Of a stretch of DNA of 64,000 bases, positions 42,839 through 52,386 are shown one piece after another. Position 1 is the stretch's first letter. Each line of letters begins with the position of its first letter. Position numbers and translations under genes: made by a program. The stretch lies in contig OY968796.1 of NCBI GenBank assembly GCA_963695545.1, positions 2,208,001-2,272,000 of the forward strand, written 5' to 3'. The stretch comes from Terriglobia bacterium (lineage in GTDB: Bacteria > Acidobacteriota > Terriglobia > Acidiferrales > UBA7541). The notes below the pieces were generated by a model. The model was not told where the DNA came from. It did not search any database and worked only from the letters and a program-made list of their open reading frames with translations.

Positions 42839-42939
42839 CGCCGAATTTAAGATCTAACCTTGGGGTGTGGCGAGTTCGTCGGTGCGGAGTATGAAGACCG
42901 CACCGAGGGCGTGCCCCTCTCAGAGGTGGTTGTTGAGTC

Positions 42940-43935
42940 TTGAATGGGAAGGGTGGGAAGCCTTTGCAGCAAAAGATCGATGATTGCCGGGCGGGGACCG
43001 CTGTGGCCGACGATCTTTCATGGGCGCTGTTCCGCAAGATGCTCCAGGTGCGTCGCGTGGAAGAGTCTCTACTTCAGCTGTTTTCTCGGGGCCTGCTATT
43101 CGGCACCGTGCATACGTGTATTGGCCAGGAGGTCTGCGGCGTCGGAGTGACCCAAGCCCTTAACCCCGCCAAGGACGTTTTGTGGTCGAATCATCGAGGG
43201 CACGGTCATTACCTGTCGTTCACGGGAGACCTGCAAGGACTCTTGTCCGAAATCCTGGGAAAGGCCGGTGGGGCCTGCGGCGGAGTCGGAGGCAGTCAGC
43301 ACCTGCATTATCGCAACGTATATACGAACGGTATTCTGGGAGGAACGGTCCCTTGCGCGGTTGGCTGCGCATTCGCCGAAAAATTCAAGGGCAACGATGC
43401 CGTCGTGGTGGTTTTTCTCGGCGATGGCGCTCTCGGGGAGGGCATTGTTTACGAGGGCATGAATATTGCATCACTTTGGGGCTTGCCGGTTCTCTTCGTT
43501 CTGGAGGACAACGGATACGCGCAAAGCACTCCTCGGTCATACGAGCACTCGGGCGACATCGAAACGCGGGCAAGAACTTTTGCGATTCCTACGACCATCC
43601 TGAAGGCCGACAACGCAATCGATGTGTGGCGCGCGACGGGCAAAATCGTCAGTGAAATGAGACTCGATCTGCGCCCCCAGATGCTGGTGCTGCAGACGTA
43701 CCGATTGGCGCCGCACAGTAAGGGCGATGATAACCGCGATGAAAAGGAGATCGCCGCCCACTGGGCCGCGGATCCGCTCGCGCGCCATCGTGAAATACTA
43801 AGGGCCGAAAACCCGGAGCGCCTCGAGCAGATTGAAAAGGAAATCGGCGACGAAGTTCAGCGTTGCATAAATGTCGCGATCGACGATCAACCCACTGACC
43901 TCGCCCGATTCCTTGGACACATAGACAAACCATGA
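42940..43935 (+). CDS. TPP-dependent dehydrogenase E1 alpha-like subunit
   Basis: HTCIGQE, NHRGHGH, GDG...EDN TPP motif, TYRLAPHS. Confidence 0.92.
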   Translation: MNGKGGKPLQQKIDDCRAGTAVADDLSWALFRKMLQVRRVEESLLQLFSRGLLFGTVHTCIGQEVCGVGVTQALNPAKDVLWSNHRGHGHYLSFTGDLQGLLSEILGKAGGACGGVGGSQHLHYRNVYTNGILGGTVPCAVGCAFAEKFKGNDAVVVVFLGDGALGEGIVYEGMNIASLWGLPVLFVLEDNGYAQSTPRSYEHSGDIETRARTFAIPTTILKADNAIDVWRATGKIVSEMRLDLRPQMLVLQTYRLAPHSKGDDNRDEKEIAAHWAADPLARHREILRAENPERLEQIEKEIGDEVQRCINVAIDDQPTDLARFLGHIDKP

Positions 43936-44930
43936 CCTATCTGGAAGAGTTGAATACCGGCCTTCGACAGGTTCTCTCAACCACAGAGGACGTCGTCCTA
44001 TTCGGTGAAGATTTGCTGGATCCGTACGGCGGCGCGTTTAAGGTGACTCGTGGTTTGCAGCACGATTTTCCGCGGCGAGTGCTGACGACACCGATAAGTG
44101 AGGCGGCGCTCACCGGCATGGCCACGGGTATGGCGCTGCGAGGCCTTCGCCCGGTTTTGGAGATCATGTTTGGCGATTTTATGGGACTTTGCATGGATCA
44201 AATTTTGAACCATGCCTCGAAGTTCCGAATGATGTACAACGACCAGGTCAAGATTCCAATCACGATCCGGACGCCCATGGGCGGCGGGCGAGGCTATGGA
44301 CCCACGCACAGTCAATGCATCGAAAAACTTTTCCTGGGCATTCCGGACATACGGATTGTCGCACCGTCTATATTTTGTGAAGTCGCGCAACTTTTGAAGC
44401 AGGCGATATTCGATGATCGGCCTGTTTTGTTTATCGAGCATAAACTTTTGTATTCAGCTGAATTGCTGACTTCCTCGGTACCTGGACTTTTGATCGAGAA
44501 TAAGCTCGGTGGCTACGGCTATCCGGTTTCGGTCATCCGCAACTACACTTCCGGCAGTCCTGACGTTACGCTGATCACTTACGGAGGCGCGTCGCGCTTC
44601 GTGCCGACGATCTTCCAGCACCTCGCAGAAGAGGAAGTCCGGGCCGTCGCCTGCATACCTGCTCTGATCAAACCGCCGCCTTTCCAATTGATAGAAGAGC
44701 TCGTAGCTGAGTCGGGCCGTGCGGTCATCGTCGAAGAGGGAATCGTGCAATGGGGCTGGGGCGCGGAGTTGGCAGCGCGTCTGCATGATTCTTTGTTTGG
44801 CAAACTGACCAAACCGGTGCGCAGAATTGGTGCGTTGGACACGATTATTCCTGCGTCGAAGACTCTCGAGCAGGCGGTCCTTCCCTCAAGCCAAGACATT
44901 GAGAAGGCGCTTCTGGAGATGGTCGAGTGA
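43932..44930 (+). CDS. Dehydrogenase E1 beta-like subunit
   Basis: FGEDL, TPISEA, EIMFGDF, GPTHSQ, FIEHK; ATGA overlap. Confidence 0.92.
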   Translation: MTYLEELNTGLRQVLSTTEDVVLFGEDLLDPYGGAFKVTRGLQHDFPRRVLTTPISEAALTGMATGMALRGLRPVLEIMFGDFMGLCMDQILNHASKFRMMYNDQVKIPITIRTPMGGGRGYGPTHSQCIEKLFLGIPDIRIVAPSIFCEVAQLLKQAIFDDRPVLFIEHKLLYSAELLTSSVPGLLIENKLGGYGYPVSVIRNYTSGSPDVTLITYGGASRFVPTIFQHLAEEEVRAVACIPALIKPPPFQLIEELVAESGRAVIVEEGIVQWGWGAELAARLHDSLFGKLTKPVRRIGALDTIIPASKTLEQAVLPSSQDIEKALLEMVE

Positions 44931-46072
44931 CACATTTCATTGAAGCGCCCATGGTCAATGTGAATGACGACACCGTGATCCTGACCCGCTGGGTCAAACC
45001 GGAGGGGAGTTTGGTGCACAAAGGCGAGCCGATCGCCGTCATCGAAACGACCAAAGCCACCTTCGATCTGGAGTCCGAACATGCTGGTTACCTTCGTGCT
45101 TTTGCCGCGGACGGTGCAACAGTAGCGGTGGGTGAAATCCTCGGGGCCATTTGTGAGACCGCTGATGAACGGCCTGAGAAACCAGTTGCTCCCGCACCGG
45201 TGATCGCCGCGGGCGGTGCGGCGTCGCGAAAGGTCACGAAAAAGGCGGAGATTGCCGCTCGCAAAGCGGGTCTCGACCTTGAGAAATTGATCGCGGAAAT
45301 CCCCGGAACCGGAGCCGTGACGGAGGCGGAGATTCGAGATTATTTAGCCCATCGTGGATCTCGCACGGCCGCTGCGCCACGTTTGGACGCGCGGGATTTG
45401 GTCGATGATGCGTATCCCCAAAATCGGCAGCAGCGCCTCCTACTCATTGGAGGCGGATTGGGCGCGGTGCAGCTTTTAGATTCCCTAACGCGCGTGGAGA
45501 ATCAACGGGCGACCGCCATCGTAGACGACAACGCCGATCTACATGGCAAGACCGTGATGGGCGTTCCGGTTCTCGGCGGACAGAATGACATCGAAGGACT
45601 CTTCGCGCGAAAGCTGTTTGACGCTGCCGTGGTGTCGGTCAGCACCAGCGTTGCCTTTCGACAGCGCATGTTTGAGAACCTCGCGCAGTTGAAAATTCCG
45701 ATGGCGAACGTCATCGATCCTAGCGCACGGGTGCAAAGAAACGCAGCACTCGGCACAGGGAACGTGATCCTGGCATATTGCCACGTCGGTTCATGTGCGG
45801 TGATCGGAAACGGAAACTTTCTAAGCCCCTTCGTTGACGTTGAGCATCATTGCGCTGTTGGAGATTTTTGTACTTTCGGACCGGGAGTCATGATGAGCTC
45901 TCTGGTGAATATCGGTAACGGCGTGAAATTTGGGACTGGAGTTTTTATCGAACCCAAGATAACGATCGGATCGAACAGTATCATCGGCTCAGGCGCGATA
46001 CTCGTCGGCAACATTCCAGAGAATTCCATTGTGAAAACAACAATGGGCTACACAGTTCGTCCTCGCGGATGA
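44927..46072 (+). CDS. Lipoyl domain + subunit-binding domain + NeuD/PglD-type sugar acyltransferase fusion
   Basis: ETTKA lipoyl-Lys motif; KAEIAARKAGLDL...GTG.VTEAEI PSBD; LLIGGG...IVDD...GVPVLG Rossmann; hexapeptide repeats with VEHHC. Confidence 0.85.
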   Translation: MTHFIEAPMVNVNDDTVILTRWVKPEGSLVHKGEPIAVIETTKATFDLESEHAGYLRAFAADGATVAVGEILGAICETADERPEKPVAPAPVIAAGGAASRKVTKKAEIAARKAGLDLEKLIAEIPGTGAVTEAEIRDYLAHRGSRTAAAPRLDARDLVDDAYPQNRQQRLLLIGGGLGAVQLLDSLTRVENQRATAIVDDNADLHGKTVMGVPVLGGQNDIEGLFARKLFDAAVVSVSTSVAFRQRMFENLAQLKIPMANVIDPSARVQRNAALGTGNVILAYCHVGSCAVIGNGNFLSPFVDVEHHCAVGDFCTFGPGVMMSSLVNIGNGVKFGTGVFIEPKITIGSNSIIGSGAILVGNIPENSIVKTTMGYTVRPRG

Positions 46073-46239
46073 GACGACATCCCGAATTTCGCGAGACGTC
46101 AATCGTCGAGAACGCCCTATTTATCAGTAGCTCGACCATCTAGAAACTGAATCCGCACTCAGCAATTCACTTCTGAAATTCACATTACGAAGCACGATCC
46201 GAATCATCAACGGTTCTTACCCCCACCAAAGGTGAACCT

Positions 46240-47445
46240 ATGACACAGAGCGGGAAAATACCGTTTGTCGATCTTGTGACGCTCCACCGTGAGCTTGAGG
46301 CGGAGCTGCTCGATGTGTGCAAGCGAGTGATCGAGACGGCTGGCTTTATCGGAGGTCCCGAGGTAGAGGGCTTCGAGAAGGAATTTGCGCAGTATTGCGA
46401 TACGAAGTATTGCGTCGGCGTGAATAGCGGGACCGACGCGCTTCGCTTCGCGTTGGTGGCGGCGGGAATTCAGTCCGGCGAGATCGTGCTCACCGTGCCG
46501 CACACCTTCATCGCCACGACCGAGGCTATCTCGCAGGCGGGCGCGCGGCCGGATTTTGTCGACATCGACGAACGCACCTTCACGATGGATCCTGACAGGC
46601 TGCGAGCGTACTTAGAAACACGATGCGTGTTGGACCAACGCACGGGGCGCTACGTCCATAAGACTCTGGGGCGACCCGTTGCGGCGGTCGTTCCGGTTCA
46701 TCTTTACGGCCAGATGGCCGATATGGACCCGATTCTCGAGCTCGCGGCGCGCTACAAGTTGGTCGTGATCGAGGACGCCTGCCAGGCACACGGAGCGGAA
46801 TACTTTTCCAAGAAACAGAATCGCTGGTTGAAAGCCGGATCGATCGGGCGTGCGGCCGCGTTCAGTTTTTATCCCGGGAAAAATCTGGGCGCGTGTGGTG
46901 AAGGTGGCGCGGTGACCACGAACGATCAGGAGCTGGCGCGACATTGCGTCATGCTGCGCGATCACGGGTCGATCAAGAAGTATTACCACGACATCGAAGG
47001 TTACAACGGGCGACTTGATTCCATTCAAGCGGGAATGCTGCGCGTGAAATTGCGGCATCTATCGAAATGGAACGAGCAGCGCCGTGAGTGCGCGGGGCGA
47101 TACAACGAGCTTCTGGCGCAACTGCCAGGCAGCGTCAAACTGCCTTATGAACCTTCTTATTCGAGGTCGGTCTATCATCTGTACGTGGTGTCTGCGTCGA
47201 ATCGAGTCGGACTCCAGGATCATTTGAATGCAGCTGGAATCGGCACCGGCATCCATTATCCGATCCCGCTTCATCTTCAGAATGCGTATCGCGAGCTCAA
47301 GTACAAACTTGGAGATTTCCCTATCTCTGAGCAGGCCGCTGCACAGGTACTCTCGTTACCGATGTACGCCGGTCTGCGCGCTGACCAGCAAAGCCAAGTT
47401 GCGGAAACGATGATGGAATTCGCTTCAGTTCATTCGGCTCAATAA
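46240..47445 (+). CDS. DegT/DnrJ/EryC1/StrS sugar aminotransferase
   Basis: NSGTDAL, VHLYGQ, EDACQAHG, SFYPGKNLGA, NGRLD. Confidence 0.95.
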   Translation: MTQSGKIPFVDLVTLHRELEAELLDVCKRVIETAGFIGGPEVEGFEKEFAQYCDTKYCVGVNSGTDALRFALVAAGIQSGEIVLTVPHTFIATTEAISQAGARPDFVDIDERTFTMDPDRLRAYLETRCVLDQRTGRYVHKTLGRPVAAVVPVHLYGQMADMDPILELAARYKLVVIEDACQAHGAEYFSKKQNRWLKAGSIGRAAAFSFYPGKNLGACGEGGAVTTNDQELARHCVMLRDHGSIKKYYHDIEGYNGRLDSIQAGMLRVKLRHLSKWNEQRRECAGRYNELLAQLPGSVKLPYEPSYSRSVYHLYVVSASNRVGLQDHLNAAGIGTGIHYPIPLHLQNAYRELKYKLGDFPISEQAAAQVLSLPMYAGLRADQQSQVAETMMEFASVHSAQ

Positions 47446-47561
47446 TTCGTACCCGCCTGCGTCTTAGCTTGGTCCGATCTACCAACGCATTCAGCATCAT
47501 CTAGAGCAATCGTAGCCGAGTCATTGCACTCGGCGATGCAGTTCCACACTTGAAGGAGCAA

Positions 47562-48722
47562 ATGTCCGCGATCCCGTCCATGGCAGGCGCTTCGATCGGT
47601 GCCGGAACCTCGGCGCCGGCGACTCTTTCTGACCCGGTGCGGCTTGGCGAGCTGACTGCCTTGGCCATCGCTGGGCTTCGGCCGATGCTTGATCCCGCCA
47701 CTCGCCTGTTCTGCCACCGATTGGTGCGCACGCGAAGCGGCTTGGTTCGCGAAGGCGTGTCGTTGCGGTACAGTGCGATGACACTTTTGGGTTTGCACCG
47801 TTTGAAATCTTGCGGAAAACAGTTGCCTGTCGATATCCAGCCGATTCTGGATGCATTGCTCGAGAATGTCGGTTGGATGGATAACATCGGCGACGTTGGT
47901 CTTGTGCTCTGGTTGCTCGCTGAAGCGGCTCCGGACCGGCTGAACAAATTTCATGAGGCGATGAATCTTGAACACGCTCTAGAGAGACACCCGGGCGCGC
48001 AAGAAGGGCGAACGATGGAACTCGCGTGGTTTCTTACCGGGCTATCGTGCGCTGCGATCGCTCGGCGTGCGGAACTGTCGGGCGTGAGCGATTTGGCCGC
48101 GGAAACGTATCGACGTCTCGAGGAGAACCTCGGGGAGAGCGGGATTTTCGGCCACCAGTCCGGACACGCCACGTTCGGCGGATTGTTGCGTGGGAGGATC
48201 GGAAGTTTCGCTGACCAGACCTATGCGATCTATGCGATCTCGCGCTTCGTCGCAGCGTTCGAAGAGGATGAGCCGCTAAGCGCGGCGCGCAATTGTGCGG
48301 AGGCGATCTGCGGAGCGCAAGGTCCTCTGGGACAATGGTGGTGGCACTATGATTCCGCTTCGGGAGAGGCCGTTCGGGGCTATCCGGTCTTTTCCGTTCA
48401 CCAGGATGCCATGGCTCCTATGGCGCTTCTCTCGCTTGGAAAGTTGCTTGGGGAGGATTTTTCGGAATTCGTCGCGAAGGGCATTCGGTGGGTTGGCGGT
48501 CAGAACGAACTTGGAGTTGATCTGCGCGACGGGCGAGCAGGCGTCATCTGGCGCGGAATTCAACTAACGGCAAAGTTCCAGATGTACCTCGATGATTTTC
48601 TCGGGATGATCCGAAATCGAGCCGACGTCGGCGCGCACCGCGAGATCGCGGTTCTACGCGAGTGTCGACCGTACGAATTGGGGTGGTTGTTGTATGCATT
48701 TGCGGAAGAAGCGGCGCAATAG
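47562..48722 (+). CDS. Hypothetical protein, probably alpha/alpha-barrel
   Basis: GAAGGAG RBS; helical; GQWWWHYD, YPVFSVHQDAMAP, ECRPYELGW. Confidence 0.7.
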   Translation: MSAIPSMAGASIGAGTSAPATLSDPVRLGELTALAIAGLRPMLDPATRLFCHRLVRTRSGLVREGVSLRYSAMTLLGLHRLKSCGKQLPVDIQPILDALLENVGWMDNIGDVGLVLWLLAEAAPDRLNKFHEAMNLEHALERHPGAQEGRTMELAWFLTGLSCAAIARRAELSGVSDLAAETYRRLEENLGESGIFGHQSGHATFGGLLRGRIGSFADQTYAIYAISRFVAAFEEDEPLSAARNCAEAICGAQGPLGQWWWHYDSASGEAVRGYPVFSVHQDAMAPMALLSLGKLLGEDFSEFVAKGIRWVGGQNELGVDLRDGRAGVIWRGIQLTAKFQMYLDDFLGMIRNRADVGAHREIAVLRECRPYELGWLLYAFAEEAAQ

Positions 48723-48819
48723 GATGTATTTTGTGTGCTGTCAGTCGGGAGAACTTGCAAAGTTCGCTTTTTAACCGAAGTAAGACGGCTTGAAGGCTCT
48801 TCGTTCTGGACATTGTGCG

Positions 48820-49716
48820 ATGCCAAACATTCCTAGCTACGTTCTGGTGACCCCGGCTCGAAACGAGGCGGCTTTTATCGAGCTCACGCTCAGATCAGTC
48901 GTGGCGCAAACGGTCCCACCCGTAAAATGGGTAATCGTAAGCGACGGGTCGACGGATGGCACTGACGATATCGTCAAGAAGTACGCTGCAGATTGCCCGT
49001 GGATTGAACTGATCCAGATGCCGGAGCGACAGGAGCGCCACTTTGCCGGCAAGGCCGCTGCCGTCAATGCCGGGTGCAAGAAAATGGCCGAAGTGGAGTA
49101 TGAAGTGATCGGCAATTTGGACGCAGACGTTTCATTTGACGAGGACTACTTTGCGTTCCTCATGCGCAAATTTGCGGAGAATCCGAACCTCGGAGTCGGC
49201 GGCACAGCCTTCCAAGAAGGCGGCTCGACTTACAACTACGATTTCGTGGGCATCGAGCATGTTTCTGGCATGTGCCAAATGTTCCGGCGCGAATGCTTTG
49301 AGGATATTGGCGGCTATCAGGGCGTAAAGTCAGGTGGTATCGATCTAATCGCTGTGTTGAGCGCGCGTGCGAAGGGTTGGGAAACGAGAACGTTTGTCGA
49401 AAAGAGTTTCATTCACCATCGCATCCAGGGAACTGCGCTGCACGCCGGTCTTCGCGAAAAATTGCACATAGGTCGTAAGGACTATCTGCTGGGCAATCAT
49501 CCTGGCTGGGAGCTTTTGCGGGGCGTTTATCAGATGCAACGAAAACCGTACGTGCTTGGCGGACTGCTGATTCTCGGCTCTTACTTTTGGAGTTCGATTC
49601 GCGGGATTGAAAGAAGCATCCCCGCGGAACTTATGGCCCTTCGTCGAAGGGAACAGGTGGCGCGATTGAAGGCCGTTCTGCGCCGCCGTTTTGGTCTTAG
49701 TGCGTCACTGACTTAG
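48820..49716 (+). CDS. Glycosyltransferase family 2
   Basis: VTPARNE, SDGSTDGT, LDAD. Confidence 0.9.
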   Translation: MPNIPSYVLVTPARNEAAFIELTLRSVVAQTVPPVKWVIVSDGSTDGTDDIVKKYAADCPWIELIQMPERQERHFAGKAAAVNAGCKKMAEVEYEVIGNLDADVSFDEDYFAFLMRKFAENPNLGVGGTAFQEGGSTYNYDFVGIEHVSGMCQMFRRECFEDIGGYQGVKSGGIDLIAVLSARAKGWETRTFVEKSFIHHRIQGTALHAGLREKLHIGRKDYLLGNHPGWELLRGVYQMQRKPYVLGGLLILGSYFWSSIRGIERSIPAELMALRRREQVARLKAVLRRRFGLSASLT

Positions 49717-49764
49717 AGACTGCGCCGACGACTTGAAAGATTCAATGAGGTCGAAAGAAAAGTA

Positions 49765-50922
49765 ATGCTTCAATCTGATACTTCCGCCAAACAGCTTGGG
49801 TCTCACGGCGGTCCCGCCGGCGCGCGCGACCGCCAGCGTGAGAATGCGGACGGCAGCGACTTCATCGTCGCGAGAGACGAGCTGATCCTGGTGACGGGGG
49901 CAAGCGGGTTCATTGGATCGCGGCTCGTGCAGACGTTGCTGGATCTTGGATTTCGGAATGTGCGCTGCTTTGCAAGACCATCCAGCAACGCGGCGCGGGT
50001 TGAGGCACTTTCCAGTATTCGTGACGGCGGCGCGCGAATAGAGATCGTAAAAGGGAATCTTCTATCACGCGAAGACTGCGTCTCTGCGACGAAGGACGCA
50101 TCCGTCATCTTCCATTTGGCTGCCGGCCGAGGCGAGAAATCTTTTCCCGATGCGTTTATCAATTCTGTGGTGACAACGCGGAACTTGCTCGAAGCGAGCT
50201 TGAGCCACAAATGCCTGAAACGATTCGTGAATATCAGTTCGTTTTCGGTTTATTCCAATCAGCGAAAGTTGAAGCGCCAACTGCTGGATGAGTCTTGTCC
50301 GGTTGAAGAGAACCCCGCGCTTCGCGGCGAAGCCTATTGCTTCGCAAAGGCCGAGCAAGACGAAATCGTGGCCGAGTATGGCAGGAAGTTTGGAATTCCA
50401 TATGTCATTATCAGGCCCGGCCAGGTTTATGGACCTGGCAACGAAGGAATTACCGCGCGGGTGGGGATAGGCACATTTGGCGTGTTTCTACATCTCGGCG
50501 GTTCAAACACGATTCCATTCACGTTTGTGGATAACTGTGTGGAAGCCATCGCGCTCGCGGGGTTGAAGAAGGGCACTGATGGAGAAATCTTCAACGTCGT
50601 TGATGACGACCTGCCGTCGAGTCGTGAGTTCTTGCGACTCTACAAAAGGAACGTCAAAAAGTTTAGATCGTTATATGTTCCGCATGCCTTGAGTTACGGG
50701 CTCTGCTATCTGTGGGAGAAATATTCGAGTTGGTCAGAGGACCAGCTGCCTCCCGCTTTCAATCGCAGAAAATGGCACGCCTACTGGAAAAAAACACGCT
50801 ACAGTAACGAAAAACTCAAGATCCGAGTGGGTTGGACTCCAAAAATCGGGACGGAAGAGGGAATGCGGCGGTTTTTCGAAAGCTGCCGAAACGACGAGAG
50901 CGCGTGCTTAAGGTCGCCATAG
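49765..50922 (+). CDS. NAD-dependent epimerase/dehydratase
   Basis: TGASGFIG, HLAA, YCFAK (YxxxK), RPGQVYGP. Confidence 0.9.
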   Translation: MLQSDTSAKQLGSHGGPAGARDRQRENADGSDFIVARDELILVTGASGFIGSRLVQTLLDLGFRNVRCFARPSSNAARVEALSSIRDGGARIEIVKGNLLSREDCVSATKDASVIFHLAAGRGEKSFPDAFINSVVTTRNLLEASLSHKCLKRFVNISSFSVYSNQRKLKRQLLDESCPVEENPALRGEAYCFAKAEQDEIVAEYGRKFGIPYVIIRPGQVYGPGNEGITARVGIGTFGVFLHLGGSNTIPFTFVDNCVEAIALAGLKKGTDGEIFNVVDDDLPSSREFLRLYKRNVKKFRSLYVPHALSYGLCYLWEKYSSWSEDQLPPAFNRRKWHAYWKKTRYSNEKLKIRVGWTPKIGTEEGMRRFFESCRNDESACLRSP

Positions 50923-52031
50923 TTGGCTGCGGCAAAATCGCAGACTCTCACGCCTCGCAAATCCAAAGGATCAGGGGATGCGAGATCGTCGGAGTCTGCG
51001 ATCGAGAGCCGCTGATGGCGCGCCAACTTTTCAGGCGCTTTCCGATCAAGCAATATTTCAGCGACCTGACAGAACTTCTGGCCGAATCCAAGCCGGATGT
51101 CGTCCACATCACGACGCCGCCGCAAGGGCATTACGACATCGCCAAGATCTGCCTAGAATCGGGATGCCACGTTTATGTCGAAAAGCCATTCACCGTTTGG
51201 GAAGAAGAAGCCAAAGCGCTGATCTCACTGGCTGCCGAAAAAGGCCTGAAGATCACCGCAGGTCACGACGATCAGTTCAGCCACGTGGCGCGCCGCATGC
51301 GAACTTTGATTCAAAGGGGTTACCTTGGCGGCGATCCGGTGCATATGGAGAGCTATTATTGCTACGAATTGGCGCGATCGGGGTATGCGGGAGCGCTTCT
51401 CGGCGACAAGCAGCACTGGGTTCGGCGACTGCCGGGGAAGCTGCTGCAAAACATCATCAGCCACGGCATCGCCAGGATTGCTGAGTATATGACGAGCGAA
51501 TCGCCGGACGTAATCGCGCACGGGTTTACGAGCCAGCTTCTTAAGAGCATGGGCGAAACCGAGATCGTGGACGAATTGAGAGTGATCATCAACGACGAAG
51601 GTCGCGCCACCGGGTATTTCACTTTCTCTTCGCAGATGCGCCCAACGCTCCACCAGTTTCGGATTTACGGCCCCAAGAACGGCGTTATTCTCGATCAAGA
51701 TGAGGAGACGCTGATTAAGCTCCGAGGAGCCAGATACAAGAGCTACGCCGAGAAGTTCGTTCCGCCAGTGGATATGGCGGGCCAGAATCTCCGAAACCTC
51801 GGCACCAACCTCAAAATTTTCTTGGAAAGAGATTTCCAGATGAAGTCGGGAATGAAGTATCTGATCGAATCTTTTTATCGTTCGATTGTCGAAGGCACGC
51901 CGGACCCGATTCCGACCCGCGAAATTTTGCTTACCGCCAAAATTATGGAATCTATTTTTGTCCAACTCGGCCAAGGGGCGCCGGTTCAATCGCCCCCGGA
52001 GGCTTCGCTTCATACCGCGCGAACCAGCTGA
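50904..52031 (+). CDS. Gfo/Idh/MocA oxidoreductase
   Basis: IVGCGKIA, HVYVEKP. Confidence 0.88.
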   Translation: MLKVAIVGCGKIADSHASQIQRIRGCEIVGVCDREPLMARQLFRRFPIKQYFSDLTELLAESKPDVVHITTPPQGHYDIAKICLESGCHVYVEKPFTVWEEEAKALISLAAEKGLKITAGHDDQFSHVARRMRTLIQRGYLGGDPVHMESYYCYELARSGYAGALLGDKQHWVRRLPGKLLQNIISHGIARIAEYMTSESPDVIAHGFTSQLLKSMGETEIVDELRVIINDEGRATGYFTFSSQMRPTLHQFRIYGPKNGVILDQDEETLIKLRGARYKSYAEKFVPPVDMAGQNLRNLGTNLKIFLERDFQMKSGMKYLIESFYRSIVEGTPDPIPTREILLTAKIMESIFVQLGQGAPVQSPPEASLHTARTS

Positions 52032-52192
52032 CACAACAATCGCCTATATCCATCGCAGGAACGATGCAATCTTTATGAAACAAAGTGTTTAGCGGCCGGA
52101 AACGCACCGGTGATCACTTCGAGTTCGCAGTCGATTCAGTTGATCTGATTTCTGCAAAGATCAAGATCTAGGTTTCTAGGCTTGTCTACCGA

Positions 52193-52283
52193 GGAGAGGT
52201 CGCCGCTGGCTAAGGCAGCAGCCAGTTCGCTGGCTGCGGTGGGTAACACCGCCCGAGGGTTCGAGTCCCTTCCCTCTCCGCCA
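52193..52283 (+). tRNA. tRNA-Ser-like RNA without a canonical anticodon loop
   Basis: Acceptor GGAGAGG/CCTCTCC, G73, encoded CCA, D arm GCC/GGC with GG, long variable arm GCGGTG/CACCGC, T arm GAGGG-TTCGAGT-CCCTT; anticodon arm is (GC)AGCCAG-TTCG-CTGGCT(GC). Confidence 0.85.
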
Positions 52284-52386
52284 CTTTCATCCAGTCCTGT
52301 TGTTGGTGTTCGCCCGCGGCGATTAGCGCCCGCGAAGCGGCTCAGGAAGGCTTGGCCCACATCCAGGGCCAAGAGGTAAATGATTG

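Noticed and set aside
42940..46072. Ordinary pyruvate/acetoin dehydrogenase operon
   Set aside because: No E2 catalytic domain or E3; embedded among sugar-nucleotide genes
52223..52229. Reading the tRNA-like gene as a normal tRNA with GTT (Asn) anticodon
   Set aside because: That register gives a mismatched stem and no U33; the perfect UUCG hairpin fits far better and the body is Ser-type
52193..52283. tRNA-Sec (selC)
   Set aside because: No TCA anticodon, 7-bp acceptor stem and short D stem
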